From NCBI GenBank assembly GCA_002269645.1, contig NIVC01001996.1, positions 1 through 64,000 of the forward strand: a stretch of 64,000 nt of DNA. Reading direction: 5' to 3'. The notes under the pieces were generated by a model. It was not told where the DNA came from. It did not search any database and saw only the letters and a list, made by a program, of their open reading frames with translations. The translations under genes were made by a program, and so were the position numbers. This document shows, piece by piece, positions 61,615-64,000 of this stretch. This DNA is from Macrostomum lignano. Lineage: Eukaryota. Every line of letters begins with the position of its first letter. Within the stretch, counting starts at the first letter, position 1.

Positions 61615-62710
61615 ATGGTGGCTACTGAGAAGCTCATCTTCGTCTGCCTTCTGGTCATGGCGTCTCTCGCTGCTGCTGAGGTGAGCTGACACTTGGCAAG
61701 CGTTTGGGGGGGGGGCGGTTCGACTTTGACGGTGGTGTAGTGTCTTGAGCCCTGACATTGGCCACTGAACCAGCCCTGACAATGGCCACTGAACCAGCCC
61801 TGACAATGGCCACTGAACCAGCCCTGACAATGGCCACTGAACCAGCCCTGACATTGGCCACTGAACCAGCCCTGACATTGGCCACTGAACCAGCCCTGAC
61901 AATGGCCACTGAACCAGCCCTGACAATGGCCACTGAACCAGCCCTGACAATGGCCACTGAACCAGCCATTACAATGGCCATAAAATTGCTGTCGCTTTTC
62001 CAGAAACTGGAATCGCCCGAGATAGAAGAGGAGGTTAAGGCTGTAGACAGGCAGCGTCACAGGCACCATGGTCACCACCGCGAAGGCGCTCTGCCATCGA
62101 GCCGCCACCGCAGCCCCCACGGGCGTCATGCTAAGCACGGACGGCACCACCACGCCAAGCACGGGTCCAACGTTGACAGACGAGCCGCCCTAGCCGACTT
62201 CAAACGCGCCGCCCTTTCGGACTTCAAACGTGCCGCCTTAGCCGATTTCAAACGTGCCGCCCTCTCGGACTTCAAACGCGCCGCCCTAGCCGACTTCAAA
62301 CGTGCCGCCCTTTCGGACTTCAAACGCGCCTCCCTCTCGGACTTCAAACGCGCCGCCCTAGCCGACTTCAAACGTGCCGCCCTTTCGGACTTCAAACGCG
62401 CCGCCCTAGCCGACTTCAAGCGCACGCCCGGGCACGGCAAGCAGCACCACCGTCAGGCCAGCGAGAGCAGGATGTCGCACCACAAAACCAAGTCCCAGGT
62501 AAGTAGCACCAAAAAAGGTTGAAAAAATCAATTTTACGCATATAACTGTCTGTGTATAGAACGGTCCTCTATTTAATTCAATTGATCATCATCCTGCAGT
62601 CTCACCACCCGAGAGACAGCAGCGGCAAGCGGTCCTACTACTGGGACGTCTGCAGCCACTGGATCAACGGTCAGGAGCGCCTCTACGTGTGCAAAAAGCA
62701 GATCCGTTAA
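61615..62710 (+). CDS. Secreted neuropeptide/prohormone-like precursor, 3 exons, 223 aa, with ten KR-flanked AAL(A/S)DF-type peptides and a C-terminal two-Cys peptide
   Basis: Exons 61615-61680 (signal peptide MVATEKLIFVCLLVMASLAAA/E), 62004-62498 and 62600-62710; all phase 0, GT-AG, ending in TAA. RR then (AALADF x5, AALSDF x4, ASLSDF x1), each followed by KR; then GKR-SYYWDVCSHWINGQERLYVC-KK-QIR*. Confidence 0.88.
61750..61980. repeat. Prohormone intron 1 minisatellite, 24-bp CACTGAACCAGCCCTGACAATGGC, ~9 copies
   Basis: Direct array inside intron 61681-62003 (MATEPALT artefact). Confidence 0.95.
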
Positions 62711-63811
62711 AGTTTGAAGACTGACTGACTCAAGCGACTGTTTAGAGATAGATTACTGTGAGAGTTGACGGAGACAGGTGAGAGTTAATTGAGAAGGCTA
62801 AATATAGTGTAAAAACAAGTTTATTATCGAAATTATAATTCCCGTCATGTGCTTAAACTATAATCTTCAAAATCATAGAGCCGGTTTGGCAACTAAAAAA
62901 ATTTTTTTATTATTATCTTCTCACATAATATTGTGATTCAGTTTTGTTTTAATTGTGACTTTCTGTTGTTTTATTTTAATCGGAATCATCGCTTGGCGAG
63001 CGTCACTTGTTCACTTGTGTCCAATATTAACCTCGAAAAATGTTTTGTCTTGTTTGAATTTTTAAGGAATATTAATCTGCTTTTTATAAGCACAAAGAAT
63101 GTTTGTTAATTATTAATTTTTTCTGCAAATATGCCGGTTGAAGGTAATAATATTATTTATTCAAACACCTTTTTTCGCCATCAATATAATCAAATCCGAA
63201 AGTTTGCTTTTGGTAAATCTTTTCTGTTTAACTAACTCGTCACTAAAACTTCTCTTCTTAATACACTTAATAAAAACGACCGACATGAGTCTGCAGCCGG
63301 ACTCAATTAACCGAATCGCATTGGTCCCAAAAATGCAAAGTTTTATCAAGGTGTTGCTTTTATTGATTATTGATCGGATGGTGATGTCTTCAATTAATCT
63401 CAATTCAAATCTCCAATTCCGATTTTAGATATCTTTAAAACAGATTTCCAAGAGATCATCTTCAGCAGTTTAATTTAACCAATTCATTTAATTTAATCTT
63501 TAATTAATTGTAAGTTTGCTTTAACAAAGTCGATTTGCATTGTCTTTCTACTTTGCCAATTGTTGCTAGCGCACTAGAATTGGGATTATTAAAAAAACAA
63601 AAATGTCTCACAGACGTCTGTCTTTACTTTCTATATTCATCCACTCTGTCTCGCTGCTTTTTGGCTTCTAAAACAAAATAGAAGGTGAGGACCGCATGAC
63701 TGACTACTTGGGGATAAGGGGATTCGATCCGCATCAATGATGTAGATTGTTCCAGCGTATACCACCAGTTCTGATGACTGCAGCAGTCTCGGGTTTTTCA
63801 ACCCCCACGGC

Positions 63812-64000
63812 ATCAATCGATTTGATCAATCAATAATCGCATCAATCGATTTGATCAATCAATAATCGCATTAATCGATCTGATCAATCAATAATCGCAT
63901 CAATCGATCTGATCAATCAATAATCGCATCAATCGATTTGATCAATCAATAATCGCATCAATCGATTTGATCAATCAATAATCGCATCAATCGATTTGAT
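63812..64000. repeat. 29-bp tandem repeat ATCAATCGATTTGATCAATCAATAATCGC running off the window end
   Basis: Period 29 (63812, 63841). Confidence 0.95.

Noticed and set aside
61758-62003. MATEPALT repeats as the N-terminus of the precursor (ORF 61758-62522)
   Set aside because: They lie between a strong donor (61681) and acceptor (62003); the upstream exon supplies a proper signal peptide in phase.
63138-63428. Overlapping AT-rich ORFs on both strands
   Set aside because: No domain or splice support; consistent with chance in AT-rich DNA.

Overview
Eukaryotic, intron-rich animal DNA. The style (Gln/CAG-rich exons, introns packed with minisatellites) suggests a free-living flatworm such as Macrostomum, but that is inference only. 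I reconstructed six loci by hand from splice sites and reading phase. (1-2) Two tandem insulinase/nardilysin-like (peptidase M16A) genes: 597-8224 (5'-truncated) and 9470-24994 (17 exons, 1650 aa). In both, the N-terminal half (domains 1-2) is duplicated in frame, and all three visible HXXEH zinc motifs are replaced by (E/Q)LC(H/Q)R, so they look like pseudo-peptidases. (3) An intronless 662-aa disordered orphan ORF. (4-5) A frameshifted fibrinogen-domain gene and a damaged minus-strand EGF-TSP1-TM gene, which converge on a head-to-tail pair of ~3-kb CT-rich rolling-circle-like elements. (6) An intact 10-exon, ~1255-aa ankyrin-only gene with a minisatellite in every intron. Near the end is a 3-exon, 223-aa secreted prohormone-like precursor (61615-62710). 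It carries ten KR-flanked AAL(A/S)DF-type hexapeptides, His-rich spacers and a C-terminal C-X12-C peptide that I do not recognise. Two tRNA-derived SINE families occur, and at least two minisatellites appear to be amplified from SINE pieces. Most long ORFs in the supplied track are repeat artefacts.
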